64,000 bases of DNA, taken from NCBI GenBank assembly GCA_963819815.1, contig CAWFXL010000001.1, forward strand, positions 896,001 to 960,000. Direction: 5' to 3'. The stretch comes from an uncultured bacterium (lineage in GTDB: Bacteria > Babelota > Babeliae > Babelales > Babelaceae). How positions within the stretch are numbered: position 1 is the stretch's first letter; each line of letters starts with the position of its first letter. The notes below the pieces were generated by a model, which had not been told where the DNA came from, did no database searches, and was given only the letters and a program-made list of their open reading frames with translations. Below are positions 38,430 to 48,241 of this stretch, piece by piece. The position numbers were made by a program, and so were the translations under genes.

Positions 38430-40376
38430 ATGAAACATATGTATCTCGTAGTAAGTGTACTTTGTGCACTTACTACAGGTGCGAGCAGCACACTGCTCGC
38501 CGCTCAACAAGCATCATCTTCGGAAAACTCGTGTGTCGAGATCAAAGATCTTGTCTTTGAACTAGGTGCTATCCTCTATAAAGGAAAGCTTGATAAGAAA
38601 GGGCTTGAACACCTTGTAGCTTGCTTTCACAAAGATAAGATAGCTGAGCTTTTTTCACTCTCACCCGATGCGTTTGAGCGACTCATAGATACCAAGAGCC
38701 TCCTTGAGTATTGTAACCTCGTGCTTGAAAAATCATATACTCATCAAGCACGTGAAAAAAAAGCACTCGCTCTAAAAAGATCTTTTCATCTAGAGGCCTG
38801 GGAAGAGGAGCTCGAATGTGAGAACCTACGACCTTTTTTTAATAACCTCACGAAGCTGATCTACTTTTCAGGAACTCAGCACGAGAAAGAAGATCTTATA
38901 AGAAAGCTTAGACGTGCAGTAACCGACCTACAATCTCAAAATGAAGATGATGATGAACCAAGAAAGATAGACAAGTACTTTGATCTACAAGCACTCAAAA
39001 GCATTTTTGATGACCTGCTGCGAAAAAAAGAAGTCTCAGAAGATCGTATCGTTTCAGTACTTAACGTAGAGACGGTACTTGAAAACATTTCCGATGGAGA
39101 TGAATCCGTCTTTAAGTACGTACACCTTAAGAACTTCTTAACGTTTATTGTTACGCTTATTGCAGCAGATCTCGCTGAAGAAGATCCTCCGTTAGCTCCA
39201 CTGCTTTCCTGTATGCGCTGGGATACTCTATTTATACAGTTACCTGAGCTCCTAGGTAATAGTCCTCGAGCTTTGCAATCATTATTTTCGATTCCTCATC
39301 TCAAACGGCAGATTGCTCTTTTACAAGAGGGCGCCGTCACTGCGGATGGCCTGAGAACCATATTTAAGAGAAACTTCGTGCTTACCCAAGAGCGCTTAGA
39401 GCTGCTTATTAATTTTGATAAGCTCGCAGATGGGCTTAATGCCTTACGTCACGGAGAACAAGCTCATGAGCTGAAGGATATAATTAATTTCCCTTTATTA
39501 GAGGAGATAGCTGGCATAGACCTACGATCAGCATTTAATACAGAGCTGCCTGAGTCGGTGCACCACAAAAAATTGTCTGAACTTATCGACCATTTCAAGA
39601 ACCCCAAATATCTCTCTGTTGTCGCTTCTGCATTACCTATTCTCTGGCTTGCCGGACATACCTTCTGTCATAATCTCATGGAAACATTAGAGCCACAGCA
39701 GTGGTGGACAGCGGGCCCCCTGCTCGTGGGAGCCATTATGCTCGTCTACCAGGCAACAGTGCACTTTGAAGAGAAACAACGTTTGGGCGCAATAGTCTTA
39801 AAAACAGGTATGGTAAAAGCACATCGAGCACTTGCAAAACTCTTGCCCCAGAAATCTCGAGAAAAAGAGGAGCTCTTAGCACTTGCTCCAAGCGACCCAC
39901 AGAAGGAACCTCTTTATATCGCCTTTATAGACCTTCTTACAGAAGAACACTTACAGACGCTTGAAAAACCTCTGGAGATCACCAACCTGTTTGCTAAACC
40001 CCGTATGTTTGTCGCAAAACATCCTGAGTTCATTGCAAGCATCTGTACCCATGATAAAGAGCATGCTCAAGAACGAATTGAGATCATCTCCACACTCTTA
40101 GAAGGGGTCGTTCCTTTTGCTCGATTGCAGCATAGTGAAGCCATCGAAACCTTTTTTGACCTGCTTAAGCCAGCTGTATTTCGTACCTTGCCGCATACCG
40201 GTTTTGCACAACTAGTCAGGTACTGCCCCCATATAGTACTTGACCTTAATCATAAAGAGTACCCCTTCCTGCAAGAAGCTTCGAAGTTCACCTTAGGTGA
40301 AAAGTCCGTCATTTCGTACTTATACGACGCGCTTGCCCAAGCTCAAGATATTCATGAGATCGATCTCGCTCAATAA
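38430..40376 (+). CDS. Exported hypothetical protein with an internal pair of hydrophobic segments
   Basis: Signal peptide, 648 aa, AGGA RBS. Confidence 0.7.
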   Translation: MKHMYLVVSVLCALTTGASSTLLAAQQASSSENSCVEIKDLVFELGAILYKGKLDKKGLEHLVACFHKDKIAELFSLSPDAFERLIDTKSLLEYCNLVLEKSYTHQAREKKALALKRSFHLEAWEEELECENLRPFFNNLTKLIYFSGTQHEKEDLIRKLRRAVTDLQSQNEDDDEPRKIDKYFDLQALKSIFDDLLRKKEVSEDRIVSVLNVETVLENISDGDESVFKYVHLKNFLTFIVTLIAADLAEEDPPLAPLLSCMRWDTLFIQLPELLGNSPRALQSLFSIPHLKRQIALLQEGAVTADGLRTIFKRNFVLTQERLELLINFDKLADGLNALRHGEQAHELKDIINFPLLEEIAGIDLRSAFNTELPESVHHKKLSELIDHFKNPKYLSVVASALPILWLAGHTFCHNLMETLEPQQWWTAGPLLVGAIMLVYQATVHFEEKQRLGAIVLKTGMVKAHRALAKLLPQKSREKEELLALAPSDPQKEPLYIAFIDLLTEEHLQTLEKPLEITNLFAKPRMFVAKHPEFIASICTHDKEHAQERIEIISTLLEGVVPFARLQHSEAIETFFDLLKPAVFRTLPHTGFAQLVRYCPHIVLDLNHKEYPFLQEASKFTLGEKSVISYLYDALAQAQDIHEIDLAQ

Positions 40377-40472
40377 GGCTCCCCGCTAGATGGATCTCAC
40401 AAGCAGCATACTTCCTCACGTGCCAAAAAAGCGCTGCCTACGCGATTTTCATCTGATTTTTCCACAAAATAA

Positions 40473-40500
40473 TTGACAGTTTGTTAAAATTGTATACACT
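40473..40500 (+). promoter_or_regulatory. Promoter of the ankyrin array
   Basis: TTGACA-N16-TACACT, duplicated at 48157-48184. Confidence 0.6.
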
Positions 40501-40557
40501 AAGTCGTATATACTTTGACCCAAATTGAAATAATTTTTTTGTTATAGGAGCAATCTC

Positions 40558-42360
40558 ATGAAAAAACAGCTACTTCTGCTAAGCGGCCTACTCATTGGTT
40601 CGCCCAGCTTGTGCGCTATGACGTCACAAAAACCGCGTACTCAACAGGAAGAATATCTCATAAATCGTCAACTTGTCGAAGCTGCAACTGCGGGTGATAC
40701 TGACCGTATAAAAGCACTCCTAAAAGAAGGTGCTCTTAGAGATACACAAGAACATGGAATCTTTCATTATTACACGATACAAGCCCCTCATGAGGTAGCC
40801 ATGAGTGTTCTTGAACTCTTTGAAGATTATTTCAGCTTAAAAGAAGATACACAGGAAACCGCCCAAAGTAGTAATAATACCGATAGAAGTGAAAGACTAG
40901 CGAAGCTCAAGAAGTCCCTAGCAGGTTTCCGTTATTTTCTAGAACAGAGGCGAGTAGAGAGACAACTTATTAGAGCAGCAAAAGAAGGTAATGCACGTTT
41001 AGCAAAAGAGCTCATAAAAAAAGGTGCATCAGTAATAGCTTGCGATCAATCTGGACTTACACCATTTGAATGGGCAGCTATACAGGGACATACTGAAATC
41101 TTGAATATTATTCTTGATGCATTTGAAAATACTATCGAATTACGTGACAATAATGACCCACAATGGGGCCCGTATCTAGGGCTAAGCGAAGTGAATGAAG
41201 CTCGTCAGTTCATCGTTCCCCTCTTTCAAAGAAATGTCAGAGATCTAGATGAGCAGATGAGATGTATTGAAAAGATTCGACGCTATTGCAAGAGTTCTTC
41301 TTTAGAACGTGCTAAATCATTGCTTGGAGAGATTCTCAAAAACTTACAAATGGGCCTCTCTCGAGACATTATCTTTACCTTTTTCTCAGCACACAATAAC
41401 TCTCTCCGGCTTTCACTTCAGGCTATCGGAGCACAACAGCTTACTCATGCTCCTCATGCAATACGTCTTGATAAGCAAGAGCACCTTGACAGACTTTTGC
41501 TATTTGCAGCTGAAACGGATGATGAGCTGGTGAAGGCTCTTATAGATGAAGGTGCTGATGTTACTACAGTCGACAACAAACGGCGCACACCACTTCATAT
41601 TGCTGCATATCATGAAAATATCCGCGCGGCACGCATATTGCTTCGTGCAGGGGCCCCTATCGATGCTAAAGATGGACATGGGGTAACACCTCTGTATGTC
41701 AATGGCCTCATAATTGGCCCTGGAGTTGCAAAGCTCCTTCTTGAATCGGGGGCTACGGTAGAAGACAACGATAGAAGTATCACACCTGATGAGGCAAGAT
41801 CACAGGAGGCAATTACCACTCATTTAGAGGCTAGCGTAAGAAGATACGGGCCCACGCAAACAGAGGCAAAATGGGCTCTTCAAAATTTTGCATTCCTGAT
41901 CTATGTCTTTGGTATTAAACTTAATCTTCCCTTTTATGTCATCCATGAAATCATTTGCTTCGCAATAGGTGAACAAGATACCCCAGGACAATTCAATAAT
42001 TTGGTTAGAATCTGCGAAAACTTATGGTCTGAGAGATTACGAAATCAACTTGGAAATCTCTATCTTTACAAATGCAATGGCAATAAGCTTCGTTCCTTAT
42101 GGGAACAAACCGTTAGGCGTGTAGCAAAAGATCCAGATGAACAGTTGAGGCTCATTTCAAGGTTAGGTGGTTATTTAGAGCCATTTCTAGCAAACGACGT
42201 TAAGAAATTTGTATGTCTACGTATGATGAATGCAGTTGCTGCAGACAAAAGAATCCTGGGGAACAAATTTAATACAGACGAAATCCTTATCGATAACTTT
42301 AAACTCTATTACGACCATTTAGACAAGTATTTGCAGATGAGTGACTTTGATGAAGAATAG
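40558..42360 (+). CDS. Exported ankyrin-repeat protein, subfamily A
   Basis: Signal peptide, TPFEWAA and TPLHIAA repeats, LPFYVIHEII, ends in FDEE. Confidence 0.9.
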   Translation: MKKQLLLLSGLLIGSPSLCAMTSQKPRTQQEEYLINRQLVEAATAGDTDRIKALLKEGALRDTQEHGIFHYYTIQAPHEVAMSVLELFEDYFSLKEDTQETAQSSNNTDRSERLAKLKKSLAGFRYFLEQRRVERQLIRAAKEGNARLAKELIKKGASVIACDQSGLTPFEWAAIQGHTEILNIILDAFENTIELRDNNDPQWGPYLGLSEVNEARQFIVPLFQRNVRDLDEQMRCIEKIRRYCKSSSLERAKSLLGEILKNLQMGLSRDIIFTFFSAHNNSLRLSLQAIGAQQLTHAPHAIRLDKQEHLDRLLLFAAETDDELVKALIDEGADVTTVDNKRRTPLHIAAYHENIRAARILLRAGAPIDAKDGHGVTPLYVNGLIIGPGVAKLLLESGATVEDNDRSITPDEARSQEAITTHLEASVRRYGPTQTEAKWALQNFAFLIYVFGIKLNLPFYVIHEIICFAIGEQDTPGQFNNLVRICENLWSERLRNQLGNLYLYKCNGNKLRSLWEQTVRRVAKDPDEQLRLISRLGGYLEPFLANDVKKFVCLRMMNAVAADKRILGNKFNTDEILIDNFKLYYDHLDKYLQMSDFDEE

Positions 42361-42406
42361 AACTGAAAAAGGCCATATATAATTTTTGAGGGTAAAGGAA
42401 AGTCTC

Positions 42407-44212
42407 ATGAAAAAACAGCTACTTCTGCTAAGCGGCCTACTCATTGGTTCGCCCAGTCTTAGTGCCGCTATGACGGTACAAAAACCGCGTACTCAATGGG
42501 AACAATATCTCGTAAATCGTCAACTTGTCGAAGCTGCAACTGCGGGTGATACTGACCGTATAAAAGCACTTCTAAAAGAAGGTGTTCTCAGAGATACGCA
42601 AGAATATGAAAGCTTTCCGTTTGAAGCGATCCGCGCCCCTTATGAGATAGCTACGAGTGTTCTTGAACTACTTGAAGATTATTTCACCCTAAAAGAAGAT
42701 ACACAGGCAACCGGTCAAAGTAATAATACTGATAAGAAAGACCAAGCAAAGCTCAAGAAGTCCCTAGCAAGTTTCCATCGATTCCTAGAACAGAAGAGAC
42801 TGAACCAGCAACTGATCAAAGCAGCAAAAGAGGGTAACGCACCTTTCGCAAAAGAACTCATAAAAAAGGGTGCTTCAATTACGTTTCGCGACCAGAAGGC
42901 TTGGCTTTCACCATTTGAGTGGGGAGCTATACAAGGACATACTGAAATCTTGAACATTCTCCTTGATGCACTTGAAGATACTATCGCACGTGACTACCAG
43001 GACTCTCTGTACATTGAAGTCGCCTTTCAAGATTTCAGGGAAGCGAATGAAGCCCGTCAGTTCATCGTTCCCCTCTTTCAAAGAGATGTCAGAGATCTAG
43101 ACGAGCAGATGAACTGTCTTGAAAAGATTCAACACTATTGTGAGAGTTCTTCTTTAAAACATGCTAAGTCTTTAATTGAAGGGATTGCAGAGAATATAAA
43201 AGTGAACCTATCACGCGATATCATCTTTACCTTTTTCTCGGCACATAATAACTCCCTCCGGCTTTCGCTTCAGGCTATCGGAGCACAACAGCTTACTCAC
43301 GCTCCTCATACAAGACGTCTTGATAAGCAAGAGCACCTTGACAGACTTTTGCTGTTTGCAGCTAAAACTGATGATGAGCTGGTGAAGGCTCTTATAGATG
43401 AAGGCGCTGATGTTACTACAGTCGATAGCATGGAACGTACACCTCTGCATATTGCTTCTTATCATGAAAATATGCGCACAGCAAGCATATTGATTCGTGA
43501 AGGGGCCCCTATCGATGCTAAAAATGGACATGGAGTAACACCTCTGTATGTCAATGGTCGGCCAATTGGCCCTGGAGTTGCAAAACTCCTACTTGAAGCG
43601 GGGGCTACGCTAGAAGACAACGATAGAAGTATGTCATATAATGATACGAGGTCACGGGAGGCAATTACCACTCATTTAGAGGCTGGCATACGAAGATTTG
43701 CGCCCACGCAAAGAGAAGCAAGAATTGCTCTTCAAAATGTTGCATTCCTGATCTATTTCTTTGGAATTAAACTTAATCTTCCCTCTTATGTCATATATGA
43801 AATCATTTGCTTCGCAATAGGTGAACAAGATACCCCAGGACAATTCAATAATTTGGTTAGAATCCGCGAGAGCTTATGGTCTGGGAGATTACAAAATCAA
43901 CTTGGAAATCTCTATCTTTACAAAATCAATGGCAATAAGCTTCGTTCCTTATGGGAACAAACCGTTAGGTGTGTAGCAAAAGATCCAGATGAACAATTGA
44001 GGCTCATTTCAAGGTTAGGTGGTTATTTAGAGCCATTTCTAGCAAACGACGTTAAGAGATTTGTATGCCTACGTATGATGAATAATGTTGCTGAAGGTAA
44101 AAAAATCTTGGGGAACAAATTCAATGCAGACGAAATCCTTGTCGATAACTTTAAGCTCTATTACGACCATTTAGACAAGTATTTGCAGATGAGTGGCTTT
44201 GATGAAGAATAG
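42407..44212 (+). CDS. Exported ankyrin-repeat protein, subfamily A
   Basis: Close paralog of the previous gene. Start at ATG 42407 after AAGGA. Confidence 0.9.
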   Translation: MKKQLLLLSGLLIGSPSLSAAMTVQKPRTQWEQYLVNRQLVEAATAGDTDRIKALLKEGVLRDTQEYESFPFEAIRAPYEIATSVLELLEDYFTLKEDTQATGQSNNTDKKDQAKLKKSLASFHRFLEQKRLNQQLIKAAKEGNAPFAKELIKKGASITFRDQKAWLSPFEWGAIQGHTEILNILLDALEDTIARDYQDSLYIEVAFQDFREANEARQFIVPLFQRDVRDLDEQMNCLEKIQHYCESSSLKHAKSLIEGIAENIKVNLSRDIIFTFFSAHNNSLRLSLQAIGAQQLTHAPHTRRLDKQEHLDRLLLFAAKTDDELVKALIDEGADVTTVDSMERTPLHIASYHENMRTASILIREGAPIDAKNGHGVTPLYVNGRPIGPGVAKLLLEAGATLEDNDRSMSYNDTRSREAITTHLEAGIRRFAPTQREARIALQNVAFLIYFFGIKLNLPSYVIYEIICFAIGEQDTPGQFNNLVRIRESLWSGRLQNQLGNLYLYKINGNKLRSLWEQTVRCVAKDPDEQLRLISRLGGYLEPFLANDVKRFVCLRMMNNVAEGKKILGNKFNADEILVDNFKLYYDHLDKYLQMSGFDEE

Positions 44213-44258
44213 AACTGAAAAAGACCAAATATAATTTTTGAGGGTAAAGGAAAGTCTC

Positions 44259-46040
44259 ATGAAAGTTCGTCTATTTGGGCTCACCTGCCTACTCACTATA
44301 TCTATGAGCCTTAATTCGGTTAACCCGGTACAAAAAAAGCGTACCAACGAAGAACAGCTTTTTATCGATGCTGCAACCACGGGCGATACATTCGTTATGA
44401 GAAACCTCCTTGACAAAGGCGCTCTCAGAGGCACACAAGATTATACTGACTTGCTTTGGAATATCTATACTTCTGAAGGCGGAATATATGCCCCTTATGA
44501 AGTAGTAATGAATGTTTTTGAGCTGCTTGAAAAGTATTTCAAGCTAACAGAGGAAGATACAGATCAAGTAATTGCTCAAAGTCATAATGATATCGATAGG
44601 GGAAAGCTCAAGAAGTCGATTGCAATCCTCCGTCAAACTCTAGAACAGAGAAGAATGAACCAACAATTAATCAAAGCAGCAAAAGAGGGTAAAGCGCATC
44701 TGGTAAAGGAGCTCCTAAAAAAGGGTGCCGAAATAATTACCTATAGATGGGATGAGCCTGAGTCACTTGGATGGGCAGCAATACAGGGACATACTGAAAT
44801 CATGGACATTCTGCTTGATGATCTTCAATACATCAGCCACAAGGGATATTCAGGATTAAGTGAAGTAGGCGCAGATCGTCAACGCTTCGTTCCTCTCTTT
44901 CAAAGGAATGTCACAAGTCTAGAAGAGCAGATGAAATGTATTGAAAGGGTTCGTCTCTACCGTAAAAGCTCTTCCAATGCTACGTCGTTTCTTCGAGTGA
45001 TCGAAGCATATTTAAAGACATGCCTTTCGCGTGACATTATATTTACCTTTTTCTCATCACATAATACTGCCCTACGGCTCGCGCTTAAAGCTATTGGAGC
45101 ACAAGAGCTCACTCATGCTCCCCATGCACTACTTCCTGATAGGCAAGAACACCTTAATAGACTCTTGCTCTTTGCAGCTCAAGTAGATGATGAGCTCGTG
45201 AAGGCTCTCATTGATGAAGGCGCGGAGGTTGCTACGGTCAATGAATTTGAACCGAACCGCACACCACTTCATGTTGCCGCATATTTTGAAAATATGCGTG
45301 CTGCACGAATATTACTTCGTGCAGGGGCACCTATCGATGCTACAGATAGATATGGAGCAACACCTCTCTATGTCAATGGTCGAATAATTCGCCGCGGAGT
45401 TGCTAAACTCCTTCTTGAATCGGGGGCCACTCTAGAAGATAATACTATGCAAATGAACGATACTACTTTGTCACAGGAGACTATTACAACTGTTTTAGAA
45501 GCAAGTGTAAGAAGATTTGGGCCCCCCCACACACAGGCAAAAAGAGCCCTTCAAAATGTTGCATTCCTGATCTATATTTTGGGCATTAAACTTAATCTTC
45601 CGTATTATGTCATCCATGAAATCATTTGTTTCGCAACCTCTGAACAGGATGCACCGGGACGATGTACTCATGAATATGGCCGAATCGGCAGTAGATTGTG
45701 GTCCGCCATATTGAAAAATCATCTTGAAGACCTCTATCTCTACCAATGTAACGGCAATCAGCTTCTTCACTTATGGGAACAAACCATTAGGTGTATTGCT
45801 AAAGATCCACAGGACCAGCTTAAACTTACTTCAAGGCTAGGCAAATATTTAGAGCCATTCCGAGCAAATGACGTGAAGAGATTTGTGTGCTTGCGAATTA
45901 TGCATGAAGTTGCTGCAGGCAAAAAAATCGTGGGGGACAAAGAGAAAGAGAATACAGACGAAATCCTTGTCGATAACTTTAAGCTCTATTTCGATCATTT
46001 AGATAGGTATTTGCAGATGAGTGGCTTCGATGAAGAATAG
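44259..46040 (+). CDS. Exported ankyrin-repeat protein, subfamily A
   Basis: TPLHVAA, LPYYVIHEII, ends in FDEE. Start at ATG 44259. Confidence 0.9.
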   Translation: MKVRLFGLTCLLTISMSLNSVNPVQKKRTNEEQLFIDAATTGDTFVMRNLLDKGALRGTQDYTDLLWNIYTSEGGIYAPYEVVMNVFELLEKYFKLTEEDTDQVIAQSHNDIDRGKLKKSIAILRQTLEQRRMNQQLIKAAKEGKAHLVKELLKKGAEIITYRWDEPESLGWAAIQGHTEIMDILLDDLQYISHKGYSGLSEVGADRQRFVPLFQRNVTSLEEQMKCIERVRLYRKSSSNATSFLRVIEAYLKTCLSRDIIFTFFSSHNTALRLALKAIGAQELTHAPHALLPDRQEHLNRLLLFAAQVDDELVKALIDEGAEVATVNEFEPNRTPLHVAAYFENMRAARILLRAGAPIDATDRYGATPLYVNGRIIRRGVAKLLLESGATLEDNTMQMNDTTLSQETITTVLEASVRRFGPPHTQAKRALQNVAFLIYILGIKLNLPYYVIHEIICFATSEQDAPGRCTHEYGRIGSRLWSAILKNHLEDLYLYQCNGNQLLHLWEQTIRCIAKDPQDQLKLTSRLGKYLEPFRANDVKRFVCLRIMHEVAAGKKIVGDKEKENTDEILVDNFKLYFDHLDRYLQMSGFDEE

Positions 46041-46094
46041 ACCAAGCCTGACCTGAAAGGCCATCTCAATAATTTTTTAGTAAGGAAAATTCTC

Positions 46095-47981
46095 ATGAAA
46101 AAACAGATACTTGTGCTGGCCAGTCTACTCATGATATCAATGAGCCTTAGTGCCGCTATAACGGTACAAAAAAAAGCCACGATTACCACGGAAGAACAAA
46201 ATCATTTGAATCATCTATTTGCTACCGCTGCAACTGCCGGTGATCTGATGGGTATGAGAGACCTCCTTGACAAAGGCGCTCTCAGAGGCGTTCAAGATTA
46301 TAATAAATTTCTTGATATCTGTACTACTTCTGAGAAAGATTTTCATAGCCCATATGGTGTAATAATGAGTGTTTTTGGACTACTTGAAGATTATTTCATG
46401 CTAAATGAAGATGCCGTTCAGACACTTGCTCAAGGTCATGACGATGTCGATCGGGTAAACCTTAAGACATCTATTACAAGATTCCGTCAATTTCTAAAGC
46501 CCTATATGTTGAACCAAGGGCTACTCAGAGCAGTAAAAGATGGCAACGCACATCTGGTTAAAGAGCTCATAAAAGAAGGTGCCTTTATAGACTATTACGA
46601 TCACTCTTGGATTACATCATTTGAATGGGCAGCGATAAAGGGGCATACTGAAATCATGAACATTCTTCTTGGTGCACTTGAAGATACGATCGCACGTGAA
46701 AAAGCCCAAGATGCCCCAAGGATGGTTGACATCAGATATCAAAACCTAATAGAGGTACAATCAGACAGCGCGCACATTGTTCCATTATTTCAAAGAGATG
46801 TCAGAAGTCTAGAAGAGCAGATGAAGTGCGTTGAGAAGATTGATCTTTATTGCAAGAGTTCTTCTTTAGACGAGGCTAAATCTTGTCTTAGAAAAATTCA
46901 AGAACTGATTAAGATACATCTTTCACGCGACATCATCTTTACCTTTTTTTCATCACATAATAATTCCCTACATCTTTCACTTAAAGCTATCGGAGCACAA
47001 CAGCTTGCTCACGGTTCTCATGCAATACGTTTTGACGCATTTTCTTTTTTGACAGGATTGTATCGTTGGGCCACAACTAGGGTTTGGACAAGTTATTCCA
47101 AGCAAGAGCACCTTGATAGACTCTTGCTATTTGCAGCTCAAATGGATGATGAGTTAGTGAAGGCTCTTATAGACGAAGGGGCAGATGTTAATACGGTCGC
47201 AGCAGATATTAGGATGGTCTATGGTATGAGACGTACTCCACTTCATATTGCCGCATATTTTCAAAATATCCGCGCAGCCCGCATATTACTTCGTGCAGGG
47301 GCATCTATCGATGCTCAAGATCGAAATGGGACAACACCTCTGTATGTCAATGGTAGCACAATTGTACCTGGAGTTGCAAAACTCCTTCTTGAATGGGGGG
47401 CTACTCTCAAAGATAATTATAAAGCTACTTCTGATGATACTAGTTTCCAGGCGGCTGTTAAAACTGTTTTAGAAGCTGGCGTGAGAAGATTCATGCCAAC
47501 GCGAACAGAAGCAAAAATTGCTCTTCAAAATATTGCGTTCCTGATCTATATCTTAGGCATTAAACTTCGTCTTCCGCCTTACGTCATCCCTGAGATCATC
47601 TGTTTCGCAACTACTAATCCAAGGGCAGAAATATTTATATCAGAATGGACGCAGCAATTAAAAAGAGATCTTGTTGTGCTCTATCTTTACAAGTGTAATG
47701 GCAATAAGCTCTTTCCCCTCTGGGCACAAACCGTGAGGTGTTTCGCTAAAGATCCACAAGAACTGGCTAGTCTCATGTCAAAGGTAGGTAGCTATTTAGA
47801 GCCTTTCCTCGCAAATGACACAAAGAGATTTGCATGCCTAGCTATTATGAACGAAGTTGCTAAAGACAACCAAATACTCGGAAACAAAACTAATAACAGG
47901 GAAATTCTCGTCGATAACCGTAAGCTCTATTTCGACCATTTAGATCAATATTTGCAGGTGAGTGATTTTGATGAAGAATAG
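46095..47981 (+). CDS. Exported ankyrin-repeat protein, subfamily A
   Basis: TPLHIAA, LPPYVIPEII, ends in FDEE. Confidence 0.9.
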   Translation: MKKQILVLASLLMISMSLSAAITVQKKATITTEEQNHLNHLFATAATAGDLMGMRDLLDKGALRGVQDYNKFLDICTTSEKDFHSPYGVIMSVFGLLEDYFMLNEDAVQTLAQGHDDVDRVNLKTSITRFRQFLKPYMLNQGLLRAVKDGNAHLVKELIKEGAFIDYYDHSWITSFEWAAIKGHTEIMNILLGALEDTIAREKAQDAPRMVDIRYQNLIEVQSDSAHIVPLFQRDVRSLEEQMKCVEKIDLYCKSSSLDEAKSCLRKIQELIKIHLSRDIIFTFFSSHNNSLHLSLKAIGAQQLAHGSHAIRFDAFSFLTGLYRWATTRVWTSYSKQEHLDRLLLFAAQMDDELVKALIDEGADVNTVAADIRMVYGMRRTPLHIAAYFQNIRAARILLRAGASIDAQDRNGTTPLYVNGSTIVPGVAKLLLEWGATLKDNYKATSDDTSFQAAVKTVLEAGVRRFMPTRTEAKIALQNIAFLIYILGIKLRLPPYVIPEIICFATTNPRAEIFISEWTQQLKRDLVVLYLYKCNGNKLFPLWAQTVRCFAKDPQELASLMSKVGSYLEPFLANDTKRFACLAIMNEVAKDNQILGNKTNNREILVDNRKLYFDHLDQYLQVSDFDEE

Positions 47982-48156
47982 AACCTAGCTTGAATAGTCA
48001 GGCACCCACTCATACTTATATGATGCACTCGCAGGATCAAGACATTCATGACACTGATCGCACTCATTAATGCCCTTAGCTAGACACCTGCCATCCACTC
48101 TTATGTACCAAAGGCGTAATAAGGGCGACCTGGGTACGGCTTTCTCTGCAAAATAA

Positions 48157-48184
48157 TTGACAATTTGTTAAAATTCTATACACT
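48157..48184 (+). promoter_or_regulatory. Internal duplicated promoter of the ankyrin array
   Basis: TTGACA-N16-TACACT within a leader homologous to 40465-40557. Confidence 0.6.
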
Positions 48185-48241
48185 AAATCGTATATACTTT
48201 GACTTAATTTGAATTAATTTTTTTCTATAGGAAAAAGTCTC

